From: a virus
Lineage: Duplodnaviria > Heunggongvirae > Uroviricota > Caudoviricetes
DNA: 64,000 bases
Virus record (IMG/VR): IMGVR_UViG_3300027798_000013
Direction: 5' to 3' (one strand)
The notes under the pieces were generated by a model. The model did no database searches. It saw only the letters and a list, made by a program, of their open reading frames with translations, and had not been told where the DNA came from. The position numbers and the translations under genes were made by a program. Shown one piece after another: positions 30,694 to 38,260 of the stretch (positions are counted from its first letter, which is position 1; each line of letters begins with the position of its first letter).

Positions 30694-31169
30694 TTCAGGC
30701 TGTTTAACTGCCAAATAAGCCCGCACAGGCGACCATATTGTGCCCTTACAGCTGGATCACGGATCGCAGTGAATGGAATTCCTTACCTTGGCGGAAGGGT
30801 TTAAAATCACTATCGTAACAGACGCGGATTGGATATGCCTATAACCAGTTTGATTTTAAAGAGAAAATATTTAGAAAGGCTAAAAGAGGGAGAAATACCC
30901 GCGGCTATTGGCATGTTAACGTATGCTCATAGACCTGCCGTTGTAATTAAGACTCAGCTCGTGGTACCGGACAACCGCCACTGTAATGCTGTAACGTTAA
31001 GTGAACTGCTCAACTCAGATAATGTTCATTTTTAGCCCGTCAGGGCTAAGTGTGACTACACAATCTAGATAATATTTACAGTGCTTCGCACTTGATTACT
31101 ACACAGTAAGAAACAGAAAAAGCTCGAGCGAAAGCGAAGAGCAGATGTACGCAGTACATCTTTCAATAC
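30694..31169 (+). ncRNA. Putative large structured non-coding element (ncRNA and/or structured DNA origin), family unknown
   Basis: The only long intergenic gap in the window, with more than 10 hairpins, e.g. TTTAAAATCA/TGATTTTAAA (30800-30809/30851-30860), TTAGCCC-GTCA-GGGCTAA (31032-31049) and AGATGTAC-GCA-GTACATCT (31143-31161). G.U pairs favour the plus strand. Confidence 0.6.
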
Positions 31170-31177
31170 TATAAATA
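31170..31177 (+). promoter_or_regulatory. Perfect T4 late promoter TATAAATA (probably leaderless transcript)
   Basis: TATAAATA 7 nt before ATG 31185, with no SD in between. Confidence 0.8.
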
Positions 31178-31184
31178 ACATATC

Positions 31185-31994
31185 ATGAAGATTTTAGACA
31201 TAATAACTGAAGCCGCAACTCCTGTTACTGCTGAAGCAGTGGCACTGGCTTGGATAACAGCAAACCCTGACCAAGCTGATGCACATCGGGCGGCACTAGA
31301 AAAGAAATGGACTGCTGGCAACAGTGCCATGCGATTTTTTAAAACCACTAATATATGGTTGCCTACTATAGAAGCTGGTGCCAAAGTATATGCTTTGGAA
31401 CAAATTGCTGGACAGCCCCTTGCACAATTCAAACAAGGCTATCCTGAGTTTGCCAGCTACACAGAAGAGCAAAAAGCAATATGGATCAGCAAGGCAAGAG
31501 ATGAAATATTTGGCATATGGGTCGCTCAGTATGCCACACAAGCTCTGATACGATTTGCATTTGGATCTGCTTCATTACTGGGAACATTTTTACGCACATT
31601 TGGCGGAGCGGCTGGCACTGTCATTACTAAAAAACCTGGCATTGCCGGTAAATTGATTGAAGAAGGTATAGTTGCGGCCGCACAGGTATTTCTATCAAGC
31701 CCGTATGGAACCAAAATGATAAAAGAATATATTGGTCCTGCATTTTTCAATGTGCCAGGTGCAATAGTTACTGGTAGTTGGGATTGGTTAGTTAAGTGGA
31801 TTGAAGAGTGGACCGGTATCAATATCAATAAAACGGTCACACCTAATATTACTGCCGCAGTGGACGTGGCATCAGCCGCAAGTACCAATGGCATAAAATG
31901 GTCCGATCCTGCGCAGGACGCTAAAGACTATGCTGATTTTGAAAAGCAGACACGATCAAGAGGCATGACAGGTAAAATGCCAGGTCAACTTTAA
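31185..31994 (+). CDS. Hypothetical late protein, candidate internal head/ejected protein
   Basis: 269 aa under a late promoter; N-terminus MKILDIITE resembles a capsid-targeting peptide; Gly/Ala-rich amphipathic core. Confidence 0.7.
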   Translation: MKILDIITEAATPVTAEAVALAWITANPDQADAHRAALEKKWTAGNSAMRFFKTTNIWLPTIEAGAKVYALEQIAGQPLAQFKQGYPEFASYTEEQKAIWISKARDEIFGIWVAQYATQALIRFAFGSASLLGTFLRTFGGAAGTVITKKPGIAGKLIEEGIVAAAQVFLSSPYGTKMIKEYIGPAFFNVPGAIVTGSWDWLVKWIEEWTGININKTVTPNITAAVDVASAASTNGIKWSDPAQDAKDYADFEKQTRSRGMTGKMPGQL

Positions 31995-32224
31995 ACCAAC
32001 GGCATTCCACTTTTCTGTGTGATCTCAATGTTTTCTTCAATGATGGTGCCCATCAGTGTTAGATCTTCTTTGCTAAGTGTAAACAACAAATCGTCTATGC
32101 CAACACCGCCACGCATGTACCAGCATATACGAAACAATGTGGTCTTGAGTCGCTTGACATCTTTTTCTAGCCTAACTAGATATTCTTCAATTTCTTCGTT
32201 GGAAAGTCTAATTAGGCGTTGGCG
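31991..32224 (-). CDS. -1 frame extension (77 aa) of the gp26-like gene; putative frameshift product or gp51-like hub/tail assembly chaperone
   Basis: Open frame RQRLIRLSNEEIEEYLVRLEKDVKRLKTTLFRICWYMRGGVGIDDLLFTLSKEDLTLMGTIIEENIEITQKSGMPLV* begins right at T TTT TTC and exactly fills the gap between two genes. Confidence 0.7.
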   Translation of the reverse strand, partial: RQRLIRLSNEEIEEYLVRLEKDVKRLKTTLFRICWYMRGGVGIDDLLFTLSKEDLTLMGTIIEENIEITQKSGMPLV

Positions 32225-33048
32225 AAAAAACTGGATTGATCCATGTTCACAAACAGGGAATTGTCAGCTTTGCAAGACTCGCAAACCACTTTGACCGCTG
32301 GCAGTTCCCAACGTTTTCTATTTTCTTCAACTTTTATCTTGATAGCATCAAACACACTCTTGTCACAGTTGTTGAGCCACTCTTGAATAAACTGTCGTTG
32401 GTTGGTAACACCCTCTGGCGACTCAACACTTTCCACTTGTTGCATCAGCAGATCATTTTGTATCACTGTGACTTTTTCAAACAATCCAGCCAGCAATTTC
32501 TTTTGTTCTTCTTCATGCTCGATAGCATCCATGGCCATAGCCTGCGCCAGTTGACGTTGGATTTGAAAGTTTTTGGTTTGAAATTCAGTCCATTGCTTGT
32601 AGTTTAATGGGTGTAGTGTAATTGTTATGTCTTCCAAAGGCACTTTGCTGTTGTATTCGCAAGTGCTAAAATGCTGTACAAAAGTGCCTAGGTCAATATC
32701 ATAATCATTTATTTCTTTGCAAGCACTACAGGTGTGACTAACTGCCATGGTGTTGCCTTCAGTGGCAATTCGTATGGCCACTAATAACAAATCCAAATCC
32801 AACAAACACAAATCCCAAGCATCCTTGATTGTGGGGCAACAGCTTTCAATGACCTTTGTGGTGCTTTCTCCGTTCAATAGTGCATCAGGAGTTTTGACTA
32901 GAATTTCGTCCATGCCAGTCATGCCATAAACTGATACGTTATCAGGGTCTCCGTTCAGTGTGCCCGGTTGATTAAAAATACCCTTGCTAGGCAGTTTAAC
33001 ATAGACTTTGGGTTGTCTAAAATACTTTTTCAATGGGTTATTGGCCAT
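32212..33048 (-). CDS. Baseplate hub assembly/tail chaperone protein, T4 gp26-like
   Basis: NPLKKYFRQPKVYVKLPSKG, MTGMDEILVKTPDALLNG, DLDLLLVAIRIATEG and two CxxC pairs (CSAC, CESC); divergent from the tape-measure-like gene. Confidence 0.75.
   Translation of the reverse strand: MANNPLKKYFRQPKVYVKLPSKGIFNQPGTLNGDPDNVSVYGMTGMDEILVKTPDALLNGESTTKVIESCCPTIKDAWDLCLLDLDLLLVAIRIATEGNTMAVSHTCSACKEINDYDIDLGTFVQHFSTCEYNSKVPLEDITITLHPLNYKQWTEFQTKNFQIQRQLAQAMAMDAIEHEEEQKKLLAGLFEKVTVIQNDLLMQQVESVESPEGVTNQRQFIQEWLNNCDKSVFDAIKIKVEENRKRWELPAVKVVCESCKADNSLFVNMDQSSFFANA
32224..32230 (-). promoter_or_regulatory. Putative -1 programmed ribosomal frameshift slippery heptamer T TTT TTC
   Basis: AGT TTT TTC GCC AAC GCC TAA: an in-phase X XXY YYZ site three codons before the stop. 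Confidence 0.65.
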
Positions 33049-33061
33049 TATTATCTCCAGA

Positions 33062-33085
33062 TAAATATACTATAACGTATTTATA
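33062..33085. promoter_or_regulatory. Face-to-face pair of late promoters (TAAATA plus at 33062-33067; TATAAATA minus at 33078-33085)
   Basis: Two inverted late boxes 10 bp apart in the spacer between the divergent gp26-like and tape-measure-like genes. Confidence 0.75.
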
Positions 33086-33109
33086 TGCGTGTATTTCAAG
33101 GAAAAAATA

Positions 33110-35194
33110 ATGGCCGCTTCAAAAGTTGTTGATATGACAGTAGACGAGTTTGCCCAAGCAATTGCCAAAGCAGTAGGTGGTAGTAGCTATCAAACCGACA
33201 ATTCATCTAGAAGTGCCGCCAAGGCAGACTCGGTAGCATATTTGGTCGACCAGATGAAGAATGGTTTGACAGGCATACTGGGAGAGATGAAAAACTTTGC
33301 TGGCAAAGCTATTGAGCAAACAGCAGATGTTAATGATGCAGTGGAAATGGTTGGAAATACCATGAGCAAAGTTTTACCCAAAGAGATTGGAGCAATCTTC
33401 AAATCATTGGGTGGTTTTGTTGCAGATTCAGTTAGAGATTGGCAACAGGTCAGTAGCTTAGGATTTCAAATGGGCGGTGATGCCATGGCATTCCGTCAGG
33501 CATTCTCATCAACTGGCATGAGTGTAAAGGATTGGGCTGGAATGTTAGACACCACCAAACCTGCATTTGCATTGTTGACTGGCAATCTCAGTACAGGTGC
33601 TGAAGCATTTGGCCAATTGTCTTTTGAAATACAAAACAGCACGAACAGTCAAGCATTTCAAAAACTAGGCATGCTTCCTAAAGATTTGAATGAAGCCTTG
33701 GCAGTGACCATTCAAGCACAAGGTGTCCAGCGTCTTCAAGGACAAAGTCAGCAGGACCGTATGAACGATTTCTTAGCATCAACTGTTGCTCTTTCAAAGG
33801 AGATGGATGAACAAGCAAAACTCACTGGCATGAGCAGACAAGAACAACTGAAAAATGTAAAAGCCATTCAAGAAGAAGCGCAGACTCGTGCGGCCATATT
33901 GCAATTCCGTCAAAAAAATCCCGGAGGTGAAGCAACACTGGGAGCCATCAATGCTTCTTCAGCTGGATACGGGCAAGAAATGCAAAGAGCATTGGTAATG
34001 TCGGTAGCAAGAAATGGCGCAATAACTCAACAGATGGCCAACGACATTCAACAAACATACGGAGCTGAAGTGTTGGCTCAAGTTGTAGAAATTGGTAGAA
34101 TGGCCAACAGCAGTAGCAAAGAAGTTAGAGATCAAGCAGTGACAGCTTCAAAAGCTCTTCAAGGGCAAATGGGTGATGGCCTGATTAGAATGTCACAACA
34201 GCACAGTTATGGTGTTGGTCTTCAAACAAGAATGGCTCAAGAAGCATATGACAAACAGTTTAATAGAGAAACAAGCATAGCGGCATATAGAAATGCTGAT
34301 CCTTCTCGTGCAAACATGCGCGATAACGAAATTGTAGCAATGATCAAAGAAGATATAGAACTGCAACAAGAAGGAAAAAGACTTAAAGACGAAGTTGATG
34401 CAAAGGGCAACCTTGTTGAAGGCGGATACAGACGCGGAGATAGAGATCCAGCGGCTCTGACCACAGAGTTAACTATGGAGATGCAAAGAAATATCACATT
34501 GTTTGGTAGTAATCTCAACAGAGCGGCGGTTACTGCAAATAGAGAATTACTGAGCAATCCTACAATAGCAGGTGCGGCCCAGGACACGTTGGATGCAAGT
34601 AGAAGAACTGGCACTACAGCAGAATCCAATATGAAACAAGCGCCAGTAACAGCTTTAACAACTGTTGCAATACAAGCAATTAAAGACCTCAATGTGGAAG
34701 CCGGAAACAGTCAGAAAAAAATATTAGCTGAGTGGAAATTAACTCTCACAAGACTTGAAGAAATGTTTGGTAAAATTACTAGAATGGCAGACGGAACTAA
34801 TCCTAGTAAATCTGGCAATGGCAGTTGGTTCCAAGGCGGCCCACAATTGTCTATGTGGGCTGAAGCTGGGCAAAGAGAAGCTATTGTGAATGAAGGCGAT
34901 CTAGGGCAGTTTATGATGGACAACATAGGAATGGTCAGCAATTCAGGTGTCAACAGTCCCACAATGAATTCATTATTGAGAAATATTCCAGTTCAAATCA
35001 GCAGTGTCAAGGAAGCAGTCAACGCTCAAGTTGAGCAAGCAATCAACAGTACCACAGATCAATCTGAACTAGTGTCGGCTTTGCGCGAGATAAGTACAGT
35101 GATGCAAGTAACGGCATCAACCATGAGAGAAGTTGCTAGAAACACTAAAGATACAGCCACAAACATTAAAGCCGCTGGCATTAATATTGTTTAA
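33110..35194 (+). CDS. Putative tail tape measure protein
   Basis: 694 aa, helical Ala/Gln/Met-rich; LAVTIQAQG..LSKEMDEQAKLTGMSRQE motif; C-terminal MADGT..WAEAGQREAIVN; adjacent to the chaperone; AAGGA RBS before ATG 33110. Confidence 0.65.
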   Translation: MAASKVVDMTVDEFAQAIAKAVGGSSYQTDNSSRSAAKADSVAYLVDQMKNGLTGILGEMKNFAGKAIEQTADVNDAVEMVGNTMSKVLPKEIGAIFKSLGGFVADSVRDWQQVSSLGFQMGGDAMAFRQAFSSTGMSVKDWAGMLDTTKPAFALLTGNLSTGAEAFGQLSFEIQNSTNSQAFQKLGMLPKDLNEALAVTIQAQGVQRLQGQSQQDRMNDFLASTVALSKEMDEQAKLTGMSRQEQLKNVKAIQEEAQTRAAILQFRQKNPGGEATLGAINASSAGYGQEMQRALVMSVARNGAITQQMANDIQQTYGAEVLAQVVEIGRMANSSSKEVRDQAVTASKALQGQMGDGLIRMSQQHSYGVGLQTRMAQEAYDKQFNRETSIAAYRNADPSRANMRDNEIVAMIKEDIELQQEGKRLKDEVDAKGNLVEGGYRRGDRDPAALTTELTMEMQRNITLFGSNLNRAAVTANRELLSNPTIAGAAQDTLDASRRTGTTAESNMKQAPVTALTTVAIQAIKDLNVEAGNSQKKILAEWKLTLTRLEEMFGKITRMADGTNPSKSGNGSWFQGGPQLSMWAEAGQREAIVNEGDLGQFMMDNIGMVSNSGVNSPTMNSLLRNIPVQISSVKEAVNAQVEQAINSTTDQSELVSALREISTVMQVTASTMREVARNTKDTATNIKAAGINIV

Positions 35195-35208
35195 GGAATA
35201 CATATAAT

Positions 35209-36933
35209 ATGAGTTGGAAAAAGTTTTTCACACCAGTACCTGTTGGATCACAAAGCCGTAGCCCGGTGGGTCCAAATAACACTAGTGCTGGCATGGGTCC
35301 AGCCAAAACAAACTATTCCAGCTATTTGCCGGATGTTTACAGTGGTAGTCCAAATCGTATAGATCGTTATCAGCAGTACGAAACCATGGATGCTGATCCA
35401 GAAGTCAATGCGGCATTGGATATTTTAGCAGAATTTTGCACACAAAAAAACAAAGATGGACACGGTGCGGCATTCAAAATTGAATGGCGTAGCAAAGCCA
35501 CCAATGCTGAAACAAAAATTCTAACGGAATATTTGAATCAATGGGTCAAGTTACAACAGTTTGATGTGCGTATTTTCCGCATACTACGCAACACATTCAA
35601 ATTTGGCGACAGCTTTTTTATTCGTGATCCAGAAACACAAAAGTGGTTTTATGTTGATCCCAGCAAAGTAGTTAAGATCATTGCCAATGAAAGCGAAGGC
35701 AAAAAGCCAGAGCAATATGTTATCCGTGATATCAATCCTAACTTTCAAAATTTAGTTGCCACACAGATTGCACCCAATGTAAAAGATGTCAATCGCGGCG
35801 GATCAAGCGCAAGTGTGGGGACAGGTGGGCTTGGCGCCCGTGGCATGACAGGTGCATATCCATCAACTAGCGGTCGTTGGGACAAACAAGAAAACGAAGT
35901 GGCAGTCAACGCTGAACATGTTATACACTTGAGCCTAAGTGAAGGCCTAGACAACAACTATCCGTTTGGCAACAGCTTGTTAGAAAACATCTTTAAGGTT
36001 TACAAGCAAAAAGAACTGCTGGAAGATGCTATTCTTATCTATCGTATACAACGTGCTCCAGAAAGACGCATCTTTCACATAGATGTAGGCAACATGCCCA
36101 GTCACTTGGCCATGGCGTTTGTGGAAAGAGTCAAAGACCAGATCCATCAACGTAGAATTCCTAGCCAAAATGGTGGCGGTCAGAACGTTATCGATTCAGC
36201 ATACAATCCCCTAAGCATTAATGAAGACTATTTCTTTCCTAAATCAGCTGATGGCCGTGGTTCGGATGTCACAACACTACCAGGTGGTACCAACTTGGGT
36301 GAGATTGATGACTTAAAGTACTTTACCAACAAGTTGTTCCGTGGTTTACGCATACCAAGTAGCTATTTGCCTACTGGTGCAGACGACAGCAACAGCAGTT
36401 ACAATGATGGTCGTGTGGGCACCGCATACATTCAAGAACTACGCTTTAACAAATACTGTGAACGTTTGCAAGCATTGATATCAACTTCGTTTGATATTGA
36501 ATTCAAACGCTACATGCACACACGTGGTGTGAACATTGATGCTACACTGTTTGATTTGCGTTTCAACGAACCGTTAAACTTTGCAAGTAGCCGTCAGGCC
36601 GCACTGGATACTGAACGTATCAACACATTCAACACAATACAAGCAGTGCCTTACATGAGTCATCGCTTTGCTTTGAAGCGTTTCTTAGGTTTGACAGACG
36701 ACGAGATTGCAGAAAACGAACGCTTGTGGGCAGAAGAACAAGGCGAAGGCAGTGCCACTGACACTGACAGTGCTGGCGAACTGCGTGGTGCTGGCTTGAG
36801 TGCAGGCGGAATTGCAGGAGATATGACTACCGTTGGTGATTTGTCCGCTCCAGAAGGTATGGAGAATCCATTAGTACCTCCTCCAACTCCGGGGGCAGAG
36901 ATGCAGGCTCCGGGAATGACTCCTACAGCATAA
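35209..36933 (+). CDS. gp20: Portal protein, T4 gp20-like
   Basis: YETMDADPEVNAALDI, LLEDAILIYRIQRAPERRIFHIDVGNMP, EDYFFP, TTLPGGTNLGEIDDLKYF..KLFRGLRIPSSYL and ELRFNKY motifs. Confidence 0.97.
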   Translation: MSWKKFFTPVPVGSQSRSPVGPNNTSAGMGPAKTNYSSYLPDVYSGSPNRIDRYQQYETMDADPEVNAALDILAEFCTQKNKDGHGAAFKIEWRSKATNAETKILTEYLNQWVKLQQFDVRIFRILRNTFKFGDSFFIRDPETQKWFYVDPSKVVKIIANESEGKKPEQYVIRDINPNFQNLVATQIAPNVKDVNRGGSSASVGTGGLGARGMTGAYPSTSGRWDKQENEVAVNAEHVIHLSLSEGLDNNYPFGNSLLENIFKVYKQKELLEDAILIYRIQRAPERRIFHIDVGNMPSHLAMAFVERVKDQIHQRRIPSQNGGGQNVIDSAYNPLSINEDYFFPKSADGRGSDVTTLPGGTNLGEIDDLKYFTNKLFRGLRIPSSYLPTGADDSNSSYNDGRVGTAYIQELRFNKYCERLQALISTSFDIEFKRYMHTRGVNIDATLFDLRFNEPLNFASSRQAALDTERINTFNTIQAVPYMSHRFALKRFLGLTDDEIAENERLWAEEQGEGSATDTDSAGELRGAGLSAGGIAGDMTTVGDLSAPEGMENPLVPPPTPGAEMQAPGMTPTA

Positions 36934-36936
36934 ATA
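36931..36936 (+). promoter_or_regulatory. Late promoter core TAAATA overlapping the portal stop codon
   Basis: The TAA stop is the first half of TAAATA; ATG 36942 follows 5 nt later without an SD. Confidence 0.6.
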
Positions 36937-36941
36937 TTAAC

Positions 36942-37181
36942 ATGATACTACGTGAACTTTTTAACATGTCGGATGCTGGACGCAATGTCAATGACATGCG
37001 CTACAATCCATTGCGCGATCAATCAGCTATGAAGAAATCCGACACACGTAAAACAAGATTGACACTATCACAGATCAACGAACTTCGCAAAGGTAGCGAA
37101 GCACATATACTAGAACAAGAGCATGAACTAGCTTTCATCAACAAGATGTATGCTAAACCACCAATGCCAGCACCGGCATAA
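36942..37181 (+). CDS. Small head-module protein (79 aa), function unknown
   Basis: Lies between portal and core genes; basic DTRKTRLTLSQINELRK segment. Confidence 0.75.
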   Translation: MILRELFNMSDAGRNVNDMRYNPLRDQSAMKKSDTRKTRLTLSQINELRKGSEAHILEQEHELAFINKMYAKPPMPAPA

Positions 37182-37217
37182 ACGGGTTAGTACATAAAAC
37201 GAGCTGTTTTTATACTA

Positions 37218-37250
37218 TATCAGCAAGTATTTTGCTGATACGTGTAAATA
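37218..37250 (+). promoter_or_regulatory. Inverted repeat TATCAGCAA/TTGCTGATA followed by late promoter TAAATA (37245-37250)
   Basis: Perfect 9-bp stem with 5-nt loop directly upstream of the late box for the core-protease-scaffold-capsid genes. Confidence 0.6.
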
Positions 37251-37287
37251 TCATACAGCCTTGTATTCATATTCACAGGAGACAAAC

Positions 37288-38241
37288 ATGACTGATCGTA
37301 CACAATTCGAGCAAATGCTCGAGGCTTTGATTAATGAAGATAAATCAACAGCACAAGAAATATTCCACAACATCGTAGTCGCAAAATCACGCGAAATCTA
37401 CGAAGAACTACTAGAAAATGACTTTGGACAACAAAGTTCAGATTCTTCAACTCCACCAACCGATATGGGAATGGATGAAGAAGACAAAAAAGAAGACGAC
37501 GAAGATGACTTCAGTGCAGATGATGCAACTGATGACATGATGGGCGACGTCGATGCAGACAGCGATGAAGATGACGAACCAGAAGGTGACGTTGAAGATC
37601 GCGTACAAGATTTAGAAGATGCTTTGGAAGATCTGAAAGCAGAATTTGAACAGCTAATGGCCGGCGAAGAAGGCGGCGACATGGGCAGTGATGACATGGG
37701 CAGTGATGACATGGCTGGCGACGAGTTTGGTGGTGACGACATGGGCATGGATGACATGGGCATGGATGACACTATTGAAAAAGAAACAGCAGGTGAAGAT
37801 GAAGAAGGCGGTACTGAAGTACACCACTATATCCACACTGACGAAAACAGTTTTATGGAAGACGACGAACAACTAATCCGCGAATACGTTGAGAAAGTTG
37901 GCGGATCTACATACAACACGTTTGCAAAAGGCGGCGACAACGGCGTACAAACTAAATCAGTTGTAGCTGGCAAAAACAATATGGGCGGTACAACTGCTAA
38001 TATTGCACAAGGCCACAGAGAAGTTAGTGCTGATATTGGCGCAAAATCAACAGTACAAGGCAACGGAGTAATGGGCACTAAAGTAGCTCCTAATCCAGAT
38101 GCCAAAGGCAACATCAATGTTCCAGGCGGTAAAGCAGGCAATGCATTTACTACTAAACAGCCAGGACACGGCGCTGAAAAAGCTGGTGCAAAAGAAACTG
38201 CTACAAACAAGCAAAGTATTTTACGTCAAGCTAAGAAATAA
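37288..38241 (+). CDS. Acidic prohead core/scaffolding protein
   Basis: AGGAG RBS; highly Asp/Glu-rich with coiled coil VEDRVQDLEDALEDLKAEFEQLM; lies between portal and protease. Confidence 0.7.
   Translation: MTDRTQFEQMLEALINEDKSTAQEIFHNIVVAKSREIYEELLENDFGQQSSDSSTPPTDMGMDEEDKKEDDEDDFSADDATDDMMGDVDADSDEDDEPEGDVEDRVQDLEDALEDLKAEFEQLMAGEEGGDMGSDDMGSDDMAGDEFGGDDMGMDDMGMDDTIEKETAGEDEEGGTEVHHYIHTDENSFMEDDEQLIREYVEKVGGSTYNTFAKGGDNGVQTKSVVAGKNNMGGTTANIAQGHREVSADIGAKSTVQGNGVMGTKVAPNPDAKGNINVPGGKAGNAFTTKQPGHGAEKAGAKETATNKQSILRQAKK
37678..37770 (+). repeat. Coding tandem repeats (15-bp GACATGGGCAGTGAT / GACATGGGCATGGAT units; DMGSD/DMGMD)
   Basis: Directly visible in-frame duplications. Confidence 0.85.
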
Positions 38242-38260
38242 AAAGAGACTATTTAAAAAT

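Noticed and set aside
30829-31035. 68-aa ORF inside the structured gap
   Set aside because: TTG start, no clear RBS, non-protein-like sequence overlapping many stems; not excluded absolutely.
30694-31169. Group I/II intron, tRNA, tmRNA, RNase P or CRISPR identity for the gap
   Set aside because: Flanking genes are intact. I found no P7 R/S pair (only a lone GACTACA), no domain V, no cloverleaf with a TTC loop and CCA, and no repeat-spacer periodicity by eye.
37678-37770. Short direct repeats as a CRISPR-like array
   Set aside because: They are in-frame 15-bp coding repeats in an acidic linker with no unique spacers.
26100-38260. Track start sites at 26100, 26962, 33089, 37261 and 38099 (also 46324)
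   Set aside because: These are upstream extensions overlapping promoters or neighbouring genes; downstream ATGs, mostly with an SD, fit better.
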